From Patescibacteria group bacterium (GTDB lineage Bacteria > Patescibacteriota > Patescibacteriia > Patescibacteriales > WJLG01), in the NCBI GenBank assembly GCA_028716485.1, contig JAQUPS010000005.1:3666-67665 (forward strand): a DNA stretch of 64,000 nucleotides, given 5' to 3'. Positions 27,401-35,595 of this stretch are shown here, piece after piece. Below the pieces are notes generated by a model. The model saw only the letters and a list, made by a program, of their open reading frames with translations, was not told the origin of the DNA and did no database searches. Within the stretch, counting starts at the first letter, position 1. The number at the start of each line of letters is the position of its first letter. The position numbers were made by a program, and so were the translations under genes.

Positions 27401-28071
27401 CCGTGGTCAAAAAAATAATCACCCGCAGCAACAAGCCGATGCTGTTCGTCAAGATTGAAGACGCGGCCGCTTCCACCGAGCTGCTGGTTTTTCCTAATCT
27501 TTATGAAACGACCGCCGAACTCTGGCAGCCGGGAAAAGTTATTTTGGCGCAGGGAAAAATTTCCGACAAAGATCAGGAAGTTAAATTATTAGTGGACAAA
27601 GCGGCTGTGTTGACGCTGGATAATTTGGCCGCTAACATCGATTCATTCAAAAAAATCGAAGTGAATAATCGGAAACAATTCAACGGCAACGGCAATAATT
27701 ATTTTCGTCGGCCGGAATCCTCCTTCGTCCCGCCGAGCGGGACTGCGGGGGACAAGCCCCCCTTCGCTACGGCTTCGGGGGACAAGCCCCCCTTCGCTAC
27801 GGCTTCGGGGGACAAGCCCGCGCCAATCATTCAGACCGGTCCGCCGCCGCTTAAATTATTTTTCAAAAAAGATTTATCCGCTGAACAATCAGCCTTGCTT
27901 AAACAAATTTTGGCTCAGGCGTCCGGCAGCAGCCGAGTCCTTATTAAAATCATCAGAAACGGCGCGCCGGTTATCATTGAAGGAGGCTTCCGCGTCAATA
28001 ATAATCTCAATCTGGTGAACCAGATTAAAAAAGAATTTTCGGGCTCAATCGAAGTTGTAGACGCCAAGTAG
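24436..28071 (+). CDS. dnaE: DNA polymerase III alpha subunit
   Basis: PHP domain MFVHLHNHTHYSLLDG, PDIDTDF, and the ..GYGFNRSHAACYA.. region. 1211 aa. Confidence 0.93.
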   Translation: MFVHLHNHTHYSLLDGLTKIDEMVKYAKEQGSPAIAITDHGTMYGVIEFYERCKKEGIKPIIGVETYLAPRGRTLKETVEDRANHHLLLLAKNNAGYKNLIKLVSAAHLEGFYYKPRIDWELLEKYHDGLIACTACLGGEIPHLIEAGQIDKARKRILEYNELFGQGNFFLEIQDHPNLEGQAECNAQMVKFSRELGISLVATNDIHYFRKDDAEAQDILLCLQNKKKVEDEDRMNMMGTDFSMRSNEEMLAAFKDIPEATANTLKIAEMCNVEIPLGQIQLPYFPVPAGFDEIGYLENWAHEGCKKRYGKTYAEMDKARKDRIDYEISVIKKMGWPSYFLIVADFINWAKDSGIIVGPGRGSAAGSLVCYLIGITNLDPLDYDLLFERFLNPERISMPDIDTDFADTGRDAVIRYVEGKYGKDHVSQIITFGTIAARASMRDVGRVLDMPYDYCDKLAKMIPLMMDLSETLETVQEFKDIYNKEADARKIIDYALRLEGVARHASTHACGVLITKEPLTEYVPIQYASTSDLTVVSQYSLHPIEDLGLLKMDFLGLKNLTIIEAALKIIKRTRGVELKMDEFPLDDKTAYKLFQNGETTGVFQFESSGMKRYLKELKPTVFEDIIAMVALYRPGPMEWIPDYISGKHGRKRVQYLHPVLKPILDKTYGVAIYQEQVMQIARDLAGFTMGEADVLRKAVGKKIAKLLAEQKEKFVEGCMKKGVPKELGEQVFSFIEPFAGYGFNRSHAACYAMIGYQTAYLKAHYPAEFMAALLTSDQQDIDRIAIEIEECRNMGIKVLSPDINESFASFTVVKDEKTGEEFIRFGLNAVKNVGEHIVEVVIEERKTNGRYKDIFDLLERIVDRDMNKKSLESLAKCGALDQFNDRGLLLANMEALLEFNKEVSRNKDSKQVSLFGNPSGTAPGRIKLDKSATVTQQEKLSWEKELLGLYVSAHPFNDFKKHLDNFIVPIAGLSSHLNEDAVRTAGVITVVKKIITRSNKPMLFVKIEDAAASTELLVFPNLYETTAELWQPGKVILAQGKISDKDQEVKLLVDKAAVLTLDNLAANIDSFKKIEVNNRKQFNGNGNNYFRRPESSFVPPSGTAGDKPPFATASGDKPPFATASGDKPAPIIQTGPPPLKLFFKKDLSAEQSALLKQILAQASGSSRVLIKIIRNGAPVIIEGGFRVNNNLNLVNQIKKEFSGSIEVVDAK
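27747..27819 (+). repeat. 30-nt GC-rich tandem repeat (2.4 copies) inside dnaE
   Basis: Unit GGGGGACAAGCCCCCCTTCGCTACGGCTTC, in frame, translated as GDKPPFATAS x2.4. Confidence 0.9.
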
Positions 28072-28168
28072 AAATTGTAGTATAATAAAGTCATTGATAA
28101 TAACTTCAAGGTTCTTAGCTTTTAAATTTGTCAGGGAATGATTGTCGCAACGGAGTAAATTTTTAATT

Positions 28169-28200
28169 TTTTCAGCCAAAGGCTGATCACCCTTTGAGTG
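28169..28200. repeat. twin-hairpin miniature element, copy 4
   Basis: CAGCCaaaGGCTG-a-TCACCCtttGAGTGA. It is flanked by the 12-bp direct repeat AAATTTTTAATT at 28157-28168 and 28201-28212. Confidence 0.7.
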
Positions 28201-28221
28201 AAATTTTTAATTGATTAAAAT

Positions 28222-29688
28222 ATGGCTTCTGAAAAAAAAGACTCGCTAACTTCGACCAGAATAAAAACAGTAGTTGTGAAACGGCGTTTTGCCCAACCAT
28301 CCGCGAATTCTGTCGCGCCGGAAGGGGAGCATGAATCGGAAAAGAATTCGGAGAACAAAAAACTTCCCAAGAAAAGCAAATTGGCCGTCCGAGTGGTCGG
28401 GCGAGATTTGCCAGTTAAGGAAAAAGGAAGCCGGAGCAAGAAAACCGAGAGTGATTTTTTTGATCGGATCAGCCATCGGATCGAAGAAACAAAAGTCGAA
28501 TCAGCTGATTATCAAAAAAGCAAGGAAAAGAAAAAACCTCGGCGCGAAACCGAATCTCGACCGGTCGGCATGTATCGCAAAATATCAATATTTTTTATTT
28601 TTTTGACCCTGGCCTTGCTGGCGGCCGCTTTTTATTTTTTCATAGTTAGTTTGACAGTTGAGGTAACGCCTAAATCCGAAAGAATCAGCGATAAGCTGGA
28701 TATTATCGTTGCTAACAGTTCGTCAAATCAAGCGGGAGCTAATCTTTCCGGCGCGGCCGGCATTAACGGTTCGGTCGAGCAAATTCCGGTCAAGGAACAG
28801 AAGATTTATGAGGCCACCGGCGCCAATGTTTTGGGTCAGGAAATCACCGGCAAAGTGAGCATTATCAATAATTATTCTCAGGATAAGACTTTGGTGGCCA
28901 CGACCAGACTATTGACTTCAGACGGCAAATTATTCCGGATTAAAGACAAAATTAGTATTCCTGCCGGCGGTTCGACCGAAGTGGAAATCTATACTGACGA
29001 GCCGAGCCCGGAGATGGCCATCGGCCCGACAACTTTCAATATCCCGGGATTGTGGGCGGGTTTGCAGGATAAGATTTATGCCAAATCGGCAACCGCTTTT
29101 GTCTATCAATCAAACGTGCAGAAATTCGTCCAGGCCATGGATATTGAAAAAGCCGCGCAAGATATCAAAGAATCTTTAATCAAGAAAGTTAATGATCAGT
29201 TTGCCAGCAATTACAAAGGCTTTGATAAGGTAATCGTCCAGATCGATAAAGATTCCTTGGTGTCCAGCAGCTCGGTGAAAGCCAATATGAAAGTTAATTC
29301 TTTCAATCTTTCGCTTTCAGCCAATGTTGACATAGTGGCTTTCCATACCGCGGATGTCCTAAAATTGGCCGAGGATAAACTTATTTCCGTGATGCCGGCC
29401 GGAGAGAAATTAGCCGGCCTTAATCAGGACGAGACGCAATACAATTTGATTAGCGGCGACTTCAAAAATGGCACGGCTAATCTGGAAGTTCCTTTTGTGG
29501 GAACGATGTCTTTGTCGGACATCGGCAACGCGGTGGATAAAACCAAGCTGGTCGGACTAAGCGGCGCGCAAATTGTCAGCTATCTGAACAGTCTGGACAA
29601 ATTTTCCGACGTGAAATTGATTTTTATGCCTTCGTTTATCAATAAAGCGCCGAGTCTGGTGGATCGGATAAAGATTGTGATAAATTAG
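28222..29688 (+). CDS. hypothetical membrane protein
   Basis: Lys/Glu-rich N-terminus, one TM helix (ISIFFIFLTLALLAAAFYFFIV), then a ~340-aa extracytoplasmic domain. Confidence 0.5.
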   Translation: MASEKKDSLTSTRIKTVVVKRRFAQPSANSVAPEGEHESEKNSENKKLPKKSKLAVRVVGRDLPVKEKGSRSKKTESDFFDRISHRIEETKVESADYQKSKEKKKPRRETESRPVGMYRKISIFFIFLTLALLAAAFYFFIVSLTVEVTPKSERISDKLDIIVANSSSNQAGANLSGAAGINGSVEQIPVKEQKIYEATGANVLGQEITGKVSIINNYSQDKTLVATTRLLTSDGKLFRIKDKISIPAGGSTEVEIYTDEPSPEMAIGPTTFNIPGLWAGLQDKIYAKSATAFVYQSNVQKFVQAMDIEKAAQDIKESLIKKVNDQFASNYKGFDKVIVQIDKDSLVSSSSVKANMKVNSFNLSLSANVDIVAFHTADVLKLAEDKLISVMPAGEKLAGLNQDETQYNLISGDFKNGTANLEVPFVGTMSLSDIGNAVDKTKLVGLSGAQIVSYLNSLDKFSDVKLIFMPSFINKAPSLVDRIKIVIN

Positions 29689-29780
29689 AAATTAGAAATT
29701 AGAAATTAGAAATTAGAAATTAGAAATTAGAAATTAGAAATTAGAAATTAGAAATTAGAAATTAGAAATTAGAAATTAGA
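29683..29780. repeat. heptanucleotide tandem repeat (AATTAGA)x14
   Basis: 14 perfect units counted by hand. The TAG stop of the upstream gene (29686-29688) lies in the first unit. Confidence 0.95.
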
Positions 29781-29881
29781 ATCTTCCTTCTACTAGTTAA
29801 TAAAAATATTCCCGGAATTTTTGAATTTCTTGCTTGAATCACCTGATTTCCTGATTTTAAATTTTGAATATCTCTAACGGT

Positions 29882-30919
29882 ATGGAAGGAGAAAAAAATA
29901 CGGTAAATATAAATATTTCTTGGCAAGGCATCTTGAAAATTATTGTCGTCTTGGCGGTTATTTATTTCCTCTTTTTGATCAGGGGAGTTTTGGCGATCCT
30001 TTTCGTGGCTTATCTTTTGTCCAGCGCCATCGAACCGGCGGTTGACTGGCTGCAGCGGAAGAGAATCCCGCGCGTTTTGTCCGCCGCCATCCTTTATTTG
30101 GCGGTTATTTCTCTGCTGGGTTTGTTTGTTTATCTTTTCGCGCCGCCGATCGCCAAAGAAGTCGTGGAATTTTCCAAGAATTCCCCGGAATATGTTTCCA
30201 AAATCACTTCCAGTTTGTCTTTTTTGGACGGTTATTCCAATGATCAGAACAGCGCGACATTGATTGATGAGATAAATTCCTTGGGCGCCAATTGGCAGGG
30301 CGCGGCAGGAAAAATATTTTCCTCCCTGGTAACTTTTTTCGGCGGAATTTTGTCGTTTATTTTGATCATGGTGCTGTCCTTCTATATGATCGTGGAGGAT
30401 CGCGCGCTTAATAAATTGATTTTATCGGTTGTACCGGAAGAAAACCAGCCTTATGCGCTAAGCTTATCCAGCCGCATTGAGCGCGGCGTGGGGCGATGGC
30501 TCAGGGGCCAATTACTCTTATCGCTGATTGTTTTCACCATCATTTATGTCGGCTTATTGATTATTGGCGTCAAATACGCGCTAGTACTGGCGATAATCGC
30601 CGGATTGGCCGAATTTATTCCTTATCTGGGTCCGTTGATTTCTTCGATTCCCGCGCTGCTGGTTTCTTTCATTCAGGCTCCGGTTTTGATAATCGCGGTC
30701 GTTATCTTATATTATCTGACTCATTGGCTGGAAAGCCACATCATCGTTCCGCAGGTGATGGGCAGGATCATCGGGCTTAATCCGATAATTATTATCGCGG
30801 TAATGCTGATTGGTTTTCGCCTGGCCGGCCTGGTCGGCGTGGTGCTGGCGATCCCCTTGGCGATGACTGCCAATATCATCCTCGGCGATATTATCCATGC
30901 CCGATCCGCGCGCGAATAA
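29882..30919 (+). CDS. AI-2E/PerM (UPF0118) family transporter
   Basis: Multi-TM protein with ..GLAEFIPYLGPLISSIPA.. The start is placed at the first ATG. Confidence 0.8.
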   Translation: MEGEKNTVNINISWQGILKIIVVLAVIYFLFLIRGVLAILFVAYLLSSAIEPAVDWLQRKRIPRVLSAAILYLAVISLLGLFVYLFAPPIAKEVVEFSKNSPEYVSKITSSLSFLDGYSNDQNSATLIDEINSLGANWQGAAGKIFSSLVTFFGGILSFILIMVLSFYMIVEDRALNKLILSVVPEENQPYALSLSSRIERGVGRWLRGQLLLSLIVFTIIYVGLLIIGVKYALVLAIIAGLAEFIPYLGPLISSIPALLVSFIQAPVLIIAVVILYYLTHWLESHIIVPQVMGRIIGLNPIIIIAVMLIGFRLAGLVGVVLAIPLAMTANIILGDIIHARSARE

Positions 30920-31021
30920 TTCGCGCGTCTTTTTGCCGCCCCTGCCGCTATGGGCGGATTTTTTTATAAAAAAAAGGCAGTCATCGTTAACTGCCTAAAG
31001 CCAAAAATCACGCGGTCGGAT

Positions 31022-31366
31022 TCAGCTGGCCGAGATTTTTGTATTTTTTGAAAAAAGAACGATGGCGCTGTCATCCAGTTTGGGCGCGGAGAGAATTATT
31101 TGTTGGGCGGTAGCCATTCTGACGCGATAGAGAGAAATTTCCGCCGAACAATAATTCAATTCATTCACCGGCGCCCATTCCTGATGATGATCCAGGGAGC
31201 TGGATTTCGCGAGTTCAGAAAAATCAACGACGATCCTCTTGTTTCTAAGAATGATTTTCTCTATATCTCCGAGAAGAATCTCGTGTTTTTTTTGATTATA
31301 GATTTTCATCCGTCCGCCTTGAAAATCTTTCGCGATTCTCCCGATGATTTCTTTGCTTAAAATCAA
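31022..31366 (-). CDS. hypothetical protein
   Basis: 114-aa ORF with no motif recognised. Confidence 0.4.
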   Translation of the reverse strand: MILSKEIIGRIAKDFQGGRMKIYNQKKHEILLGDIEKIILRNKRIVVDFSELAKSSSLDHHQEWAPVNELNYCSAEISLYRVRMATAQQIILSAPKLDDSAIVLFSKNTKISAS

Positions 31367-31404
31367 AATTACCCCCTGCGTTAAAAGTTAATGCCCTTGA
31401 TGAT

Positions 31405-31444
31405 TTTTTACAGGCACGGTGGGAATCCCTGCCTGCCGGCAGGG
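31405..31444 (-). pseudogene. duplicated tRNA-Leu 3' fragment interrupted by a palindromic element
   Basis: The minus strand reads GGGTTC[CCTGCCGGCAGGCAGG]GATTCCCACCGTGCC. The genuine tRNA reads GGGTTCGATTCCCACCATGCC. Confidence 0.6.
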
Positions 31445-31464
31445 AACCCGATGTATTGATAAAT

Positions 31465-31551
31465 TGGTGGGCATGGTGGGAATCGAACCCACATGAGATT
31501 GCTCTCACACGATTTTGAGTCGTGCGCGTCTGCCAGTTCCGCCACACGCCC
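31465..31551 (-). tRNA. tRNA-Leu(CAA)
   Basis: Hand-folded: acceptor GGGCGTG/CATGCCC; anticodon arm CACGA-CTCAAAA-TCGTG; long variable arm TGAGAGCAATCTCAT; T arm GTGGG-TTCGATT-CCCAC. A73 and CCA are encoded. Confidence 0.85.
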
Positions 31552-31759
31552 GGGATTAAAATTAAAAAATCACAATTTTAAATTTTAAAAAATAAAGAGT
31601 TTTTTGACTCCAAATTTCGTTTATATTATATATAATAATTTTTTAACTGTCAAATTGCAAAAATTGCCAAAATCGATAAAATTTTATATAATATACGTAT
31701 GCTTGAAATTTGTGATTTATTTTAAAATTTAAAATTTAGATTTGAATTTTTATCGGTCT

Positions 31760-32530
31760 ATGGGTAAAATAATCGCTATTGTCAACCAAAAAGGAGGAGT
31801 AGGCAAGACCACCACCGCGGTTAATCTGGGGGCGTATTTGGCGCAACTGGGCAGGCATGTCTTGCTGGTCGATGTTGACCCGCAAGGCAATGCGACTTCC
31901 GGCATCGGCGTTGACCCGAAAGAACTGGAACACGGCCTTTACGAGGCTTTAACCGAGCAAAAGACGATTTTTGAGATCATCAAGAAAACCATGCAGGAGA
32001 AATATCATATCGCCCCTTCGACGCCGGCTTTGGCCGGAGCCGGAGTGGAGCTGGTTAATCTGGAAGACCGGGAATTCCGCTTATCGCGTTTGCTCGAGGC
32101 GGTGAAAAGCGAGTATGATTATATCATCGTGGACGCGCCACCGTCGCTCGGACTGCTGACGATCAACAGTCTGGTGGCCGCTGACGAAGTCTTGATCCCG
32201 GTGCAGAGCGAGTATTACGCCCTGGAAGGCTTGGGGCAATTATTGGAAACGATTTCCCTGGTGCAGAATAATCTCAAGCCGTCTCTGGGCATCATGGGCG
32301 CGGTGATCACGATGTTCGATGCCCGCAATAAATTATCATCTTCGGTGATGGGCGAATTATACCAATATTTTCCCAATCGTGTTTTCCGTTCGGTGATACC
32401 CCGCAGCGTCCGGCTGGCTGAGGCGCCCAGTTTCGGCCGCTCGATTCTGCATTATGACAAAAATTCCAAAGGCGGCCGCGCCTATGAAAGATTAGCCCGG
32501 GAAATCATCGACATGGAAGCGAGTAAATGA
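31760..32530 (+). CDS. parA: chromosome partitioning ATPase ParA/Soj
   Basis: MGKIIAIVNQKGGVGKTT (deviant Walker A) and DYIIVDAPPSLG. Confidence 0.92.
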   Translation: MGKIIAIVNQKGGVGKTTTAVNLGAYLAQLGRHVLLVDVDPQGNATSGIGVDPKELEHGLYEALTEQKTIFEIIKKTMQEKYHIAPSTPALAGAGVELVNLEDREFRLSRLLEAVKSEYDYIIVDAPPSLGLLTINSLVAADEVLIPVQSEYYALEGLGQLLETISLVQNNLKPSLGIMGAVITMFDARNKLSSSVMGELYQYFPNRVFRSVIPRSVRLAEAPSFGRSILHYDKNSKGGRAYERLAREIIDMEASK

Positions 32531-32581
32531 TTTTTATCTTTCCGCTTTAAACTTTTAACTTTTTAACTTTCAACTCATTAT

Positions 32582-33466
32582 ATGGCTTATGGCTTAGGCA
32601 GGGGATTGAGTTCGTTAATTCCGAAAAAAACGGAAAAACCCCAGGCAATTATCAAAGAAGATGAATATTTTTCCCCATCTTATCCGGTCAATGCCGGCGG
32701 GATGGCGATTTTGGAAATCGCGCCGGAAGAAATCGAGGCCAATCCGATGCAGCCGCGGAAAAGTTTTTCCGACACGGATATTAATGAGCTGGCCGATTCC
32801 ATCAAGCTTTACGGTATCATTCAGCCGCTGATCGTGACGAGAAAGGGCGGCCGCTATGAATTGATCGCCGGCGAGCGCCGCCTCAGAGCCGCCAAAATCG
32901 CCGGCTTGCCAAAAGTGCCGGTGGTTGTCCGCGATTATGATCAGCAGAAAAAATTGGAAGTGGCTTTGGTGGAAAATTTGCAAAGAGAAGATTTGAATCC
33001 GATGGATCGCGCCGGCGCTTACCGGCAATTGATGGACGATTTTAATTTGAGCGTCGAAGAGGCGGCCAAGAAAGTCGGCAAGTCTCGCCCGCAGGTTTCC
33101 AATACTTTGCGCTTGCTGTCGCTGCCGGAAGAAATTCGCCTGGCGCTGTCTGGCGGGCGATTGAGCGAAGCGCATGCCATTTATCTTTTGGGTTTGGATT
33201 CGGAAGTCAAGCAATTGAAGGTGTTCAGGAAAATTTTGCAAAACGGCTGGACGGTCAGGGAAACAGGCGACCAAGTGCGCAAAATCGGCGGCACCAAAGA
33301 ATCGCGCATTAAAGATGACCCGGCCGACCGCGCCCGCGAGGCCGCTTTCCGCTCTTATTTCGGAGCCAAAACCGAAATTAAGCGGGCCAATCGCGGCGGC
33401 CGCGTTATTATTGATTTTTACAGCGATGATGAGTTGGCGGAAATGGTTGCGAAAATTAAGAATTAA
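32582..33466 (+). CDS. parB: chromosome partitioning protein ParB/Spo0J
   Basis: IQPLIVTRKGGRYELIAGERRLRAAKIAGL, VENLQREDLNP, and an HTH. Confidence 0.92.
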   Translation: MAYGLGRGLSSLIPKKTEKPQAIIKEDEYFSPSYPVNAGGMAILEIAPEEIEANPMQPRKSFSDTDINELADSIKLYGIIQPLIVTRKGGRYELIAGERRLRAAKIAGLPKVPVVVRDYDQQKKLEVALVENLQREDLNPMDRAGAYRQLMDDFNLSVEEAAKKVGKSRPQVSNTLRLLSLPEEIRLALSGGRLSEAHAIYLLGLDSEVKQLKVFRKILQNGWTVRETGDQVRKIGGTKESRIKDDPADRAREAAFRSYFGAKTEIKRANRGGRVIIDFYSDDELAEMVAKIKN

Positions 33467-33471
33467 AAAAT

Positions 33472-34398
33472 ATGGCGGATAATAAAATAAACGATCAAAA
33501 CGTCGTTAAGAAAGAGATTAATCTGAGCCGGTATGATACCGACGTCGAGGGATTGTCGATGAAAAAGCTGGAGGCCGGTTTGTGGTGGGCGAAAAATAAA
33601 AAAAATCTGAAAATTATCCTGATTGTTTTTCTGTTGCTGATAGCTATTCCCAGCTGGGCCTATACTCTTTATGGTTTCGGCTCCTATCTTTTAACGGGAA
33701 TGAACGCCGATAGCCAAATGATAAATCTTTTTACGCAATCGAAGACAGTGGACCAAAGCTATCTTGATCATATCGCGGCGAAAAATTTAATTTTGTCTCC
33801 GGCCGGATTTATCGCCAATGACGGCAAATACGACCTTTATTTTCAAGTTACCAATCCCAACGCGAGGTGGTGGGGAACTTTTAATTATTGCTTCGCCGGA
33901 TTGAACGGCGAAAAATCCTGCGGCAGCGATTTTATTCTCCCCGGAGAAAAGAAATATGTTTTGTCTTTAAGCCAGGTTTTCAGCGCGGCGCCCAACGATT
34001 TAAGCTATTCCCTTGCCAACGTCAGCTGGAAAAAAATCAATAATCACGTGATTGCCGATTGGAATCAGTATCGGGCGGAGCATCTCAATTTCATCATAAA
34101 CAGCGAGCAGTTTACTCCGGCGGCGAATAACGCCTCCTCGGAAAAAGTCGCGCTTAACGCCTTAGCTTTTAATTTAACCAATAACAGCGCTTACGGCTAT
34201 TGGGAAGTTCCCTTGACGATCGTTCTGACGAGCGGCAATCGAATCGTTTATCTTAATCATTATACAGTCAGCGATTTTACTTCCGTGGAAAGCCGCGATA
34301 TCAAGATAACCTGGCCGGGTGAAATCGGCGATGTTACCGGCATCAGCATCACGCCTGATTTGAATATTTTAGATCAAGGAGTTTACAAGGGGCCATAG
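33472..34398 (+). CDS. hypothetical membrane protein
   Basis: One TM helix (LKIILIVFLLLIAIPSWAYTLYGF) and an extracytoplasmic domain. Confidence 0.45.
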   Translation: MADNKINDQNVVKKEINLSRYDTDVEGLSMKKLEAGLWWAKNKKNLKIILIVFLLLIAIPSWAYTLYGFGSYLLTGMNADSQMINLFTQSKTVDQSYLDHIAAKNLILSPAGFIANDGKYDLYFQVTNPNARWWGTFNYCFAGLNGEKSCGSDFILPGEKKYVLSLSQVFSAAPNDLSYSLANVSWKKINNHVIADWNQYRAEHLNFIINSEQFTPAANNASSEKVALNALAFNLTNNSAYGYWEVPLTIVLTSGNRIVYLNHYTVSDFTSVESRDIKITWPGEIGDVTGISITPDLNILDQGVYKGP

Positions 34399-34403
34399 CC
34401 GAA

Positions 34404-35507
34404 ATGAACAAGTTAATCATATATTTAAAAAATTTCGACTGGGTGCTGTTCTCCGCGGTGCTGCTGCTGCTTTGTTTCGGACTGGTGGAAATCTACAGCA
34501 TCGCCCTGGGCAGAGGAACGGCCGATTTGCTGAATTTTAAAAAGCAGATTCTGTTCGTAATCCTGGGAATCGCTTTCCTTTTCGTTTTCGCCTTTTTGGA
34601 CTTCAATTATTTAAAAATTTCCAGCAAGTATTTATATATTTTTGCCCTGATATTCTTAGCCGCCGTTTTATTGGTCGGCAAAACGGTTAATGGCGCCAAA
34701 GCCTGGTTTAACGTCCTGGGCTTCGGCTTGCAGCCGGTGGAATTCGTTAAAATAATTTTAATCATCCTGCTGGCTTATTTTTTTTCCTCGCGGGCGATCA
34801 AGATCAGGTCGGCCAGGCAGCTGATCATTTCGGGATTGCTGCTGCTGCCTCTGGTATTTTTAACTTTTATCCAGCCGGATTTCGGCTCGGCGATGGTTTT
34901 GTTTTTCATCTGGCTCGTTATGCTGGCAATCGCCGGATTCAGCAAAAAGTATTTTATTATTCTGCTGGTGATCATTCTGGCGACCGGCGCCGGCCTTTGG
35001 TTTTTTTCTTTCAAGGATTATCAGAAGGAAAGGATTATGACTTTTATCAATCCGTCCGCCAACAGCCTGAATCAGGGCTACAACGCCACCCAGGCGATGA
35101 TCGCCGTCGGTTCGGGAGGAATAATCGGCCGCGGAGTGGGCTTTGGCTCCCAGTCGCAACTAAAATTCCTGCCCGAGGCTCAAACCGATTTTATTTTCGC
35201 GGTTATTTGCGAAGAATTGGGTTTTTTGGGCGTTGCTTTAATTTTTCTGTTTTTTGGCATTATTTTTTATCGCTGTCTGATAATTACCCGCAAAATTAAC
35301 AATGATTTCGGGATTTTCTTGATTTTGGGCGGGGTGGGCTTGATTTTTCTGGAAATGTTCATTAATATAAGTATGAATATCGGCATTTTGCCGATCGTGG
35401 GAATTACTTTGCCGTTTTTAAGCTATGGCGGCAGTTCGATCATTTCTTCGCTGATCATGATCGGGATAATCGAGAATATTATTATAAAATCTAAAATTAA
35501 TTATTGA
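34404..35507 (+). CDS. SEDS family peptidoglycan polymerase (FtsW/RodA)
   Basis: ~10 TM segments, with QPVEFVKI, GSGGIIGRGVGFGSQ, LPEAQTDFIFAVICEELG and LPFLSYGGSS. Confidence 0.9.
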   Translation: MNKLIIYLKNFDWVLFSAVLLLLCFGLVEIYSIALGRGTADLLNFKKQILFVILGIAFLFVFAFLDFNYLKISSKYLYIFALIFLAAVLLVGKTVNGAKAWFNVLGFGLQPVEFVKIILIILLAYFFSSRAIKIRSARQLIISGLLLLPLVFLTFIQPDFGSAMVLFFIWLVMLAIAGFSKKYFIILLVIILATGAGLWFFSFKDYQKERIMTFINPSANSLNQGYNATQAMIAVGSGGIIGRGVGFGSQSQLKFLPEAQTDFIFAVICEELGFLGVALIFLFFGIIFYRCLIITRKINNDFGIFLILGGVGLIFLEMFINISMNIGILPIVGITLPFLSYGGSSIISSLIMIGIIENIIIKSKINY

Positions 35508-35595
35508 GATTAGAAATTCGAGATTGGAGATTTGGATAATTAAAAATTATTCGCCCGACAAATCTCAAATTTCTAATCTCAAATTTCGTTTAACT

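Noticed and set aside
29683-29780. Tandem array considered as a possible CRISPR array
   Set aside because: The units are 7 nt long and directly abutting, with no spacers. No cas genes are present. It is a simple microsatellite-type repeat.
31296-31547. 83-aa minus-strand ORF
   Set aside because: It overlaps tRNA-Leu(CAA) and the palindrome/tRNA-fragment region. It is an artefact of an open frame across RNA-gene sequence. The same applies to ORF 5299-5517 across the tRNA/GIY-YIG array.
31552-31759. AT-rich region upstream of parA as origin/parS site
   Set aside because: I found no TGTTNCACGTGAAACA-like parS sequence and no DnaA boxes there. It has only low-complexity AT-rich inverted words like those in other spacers.
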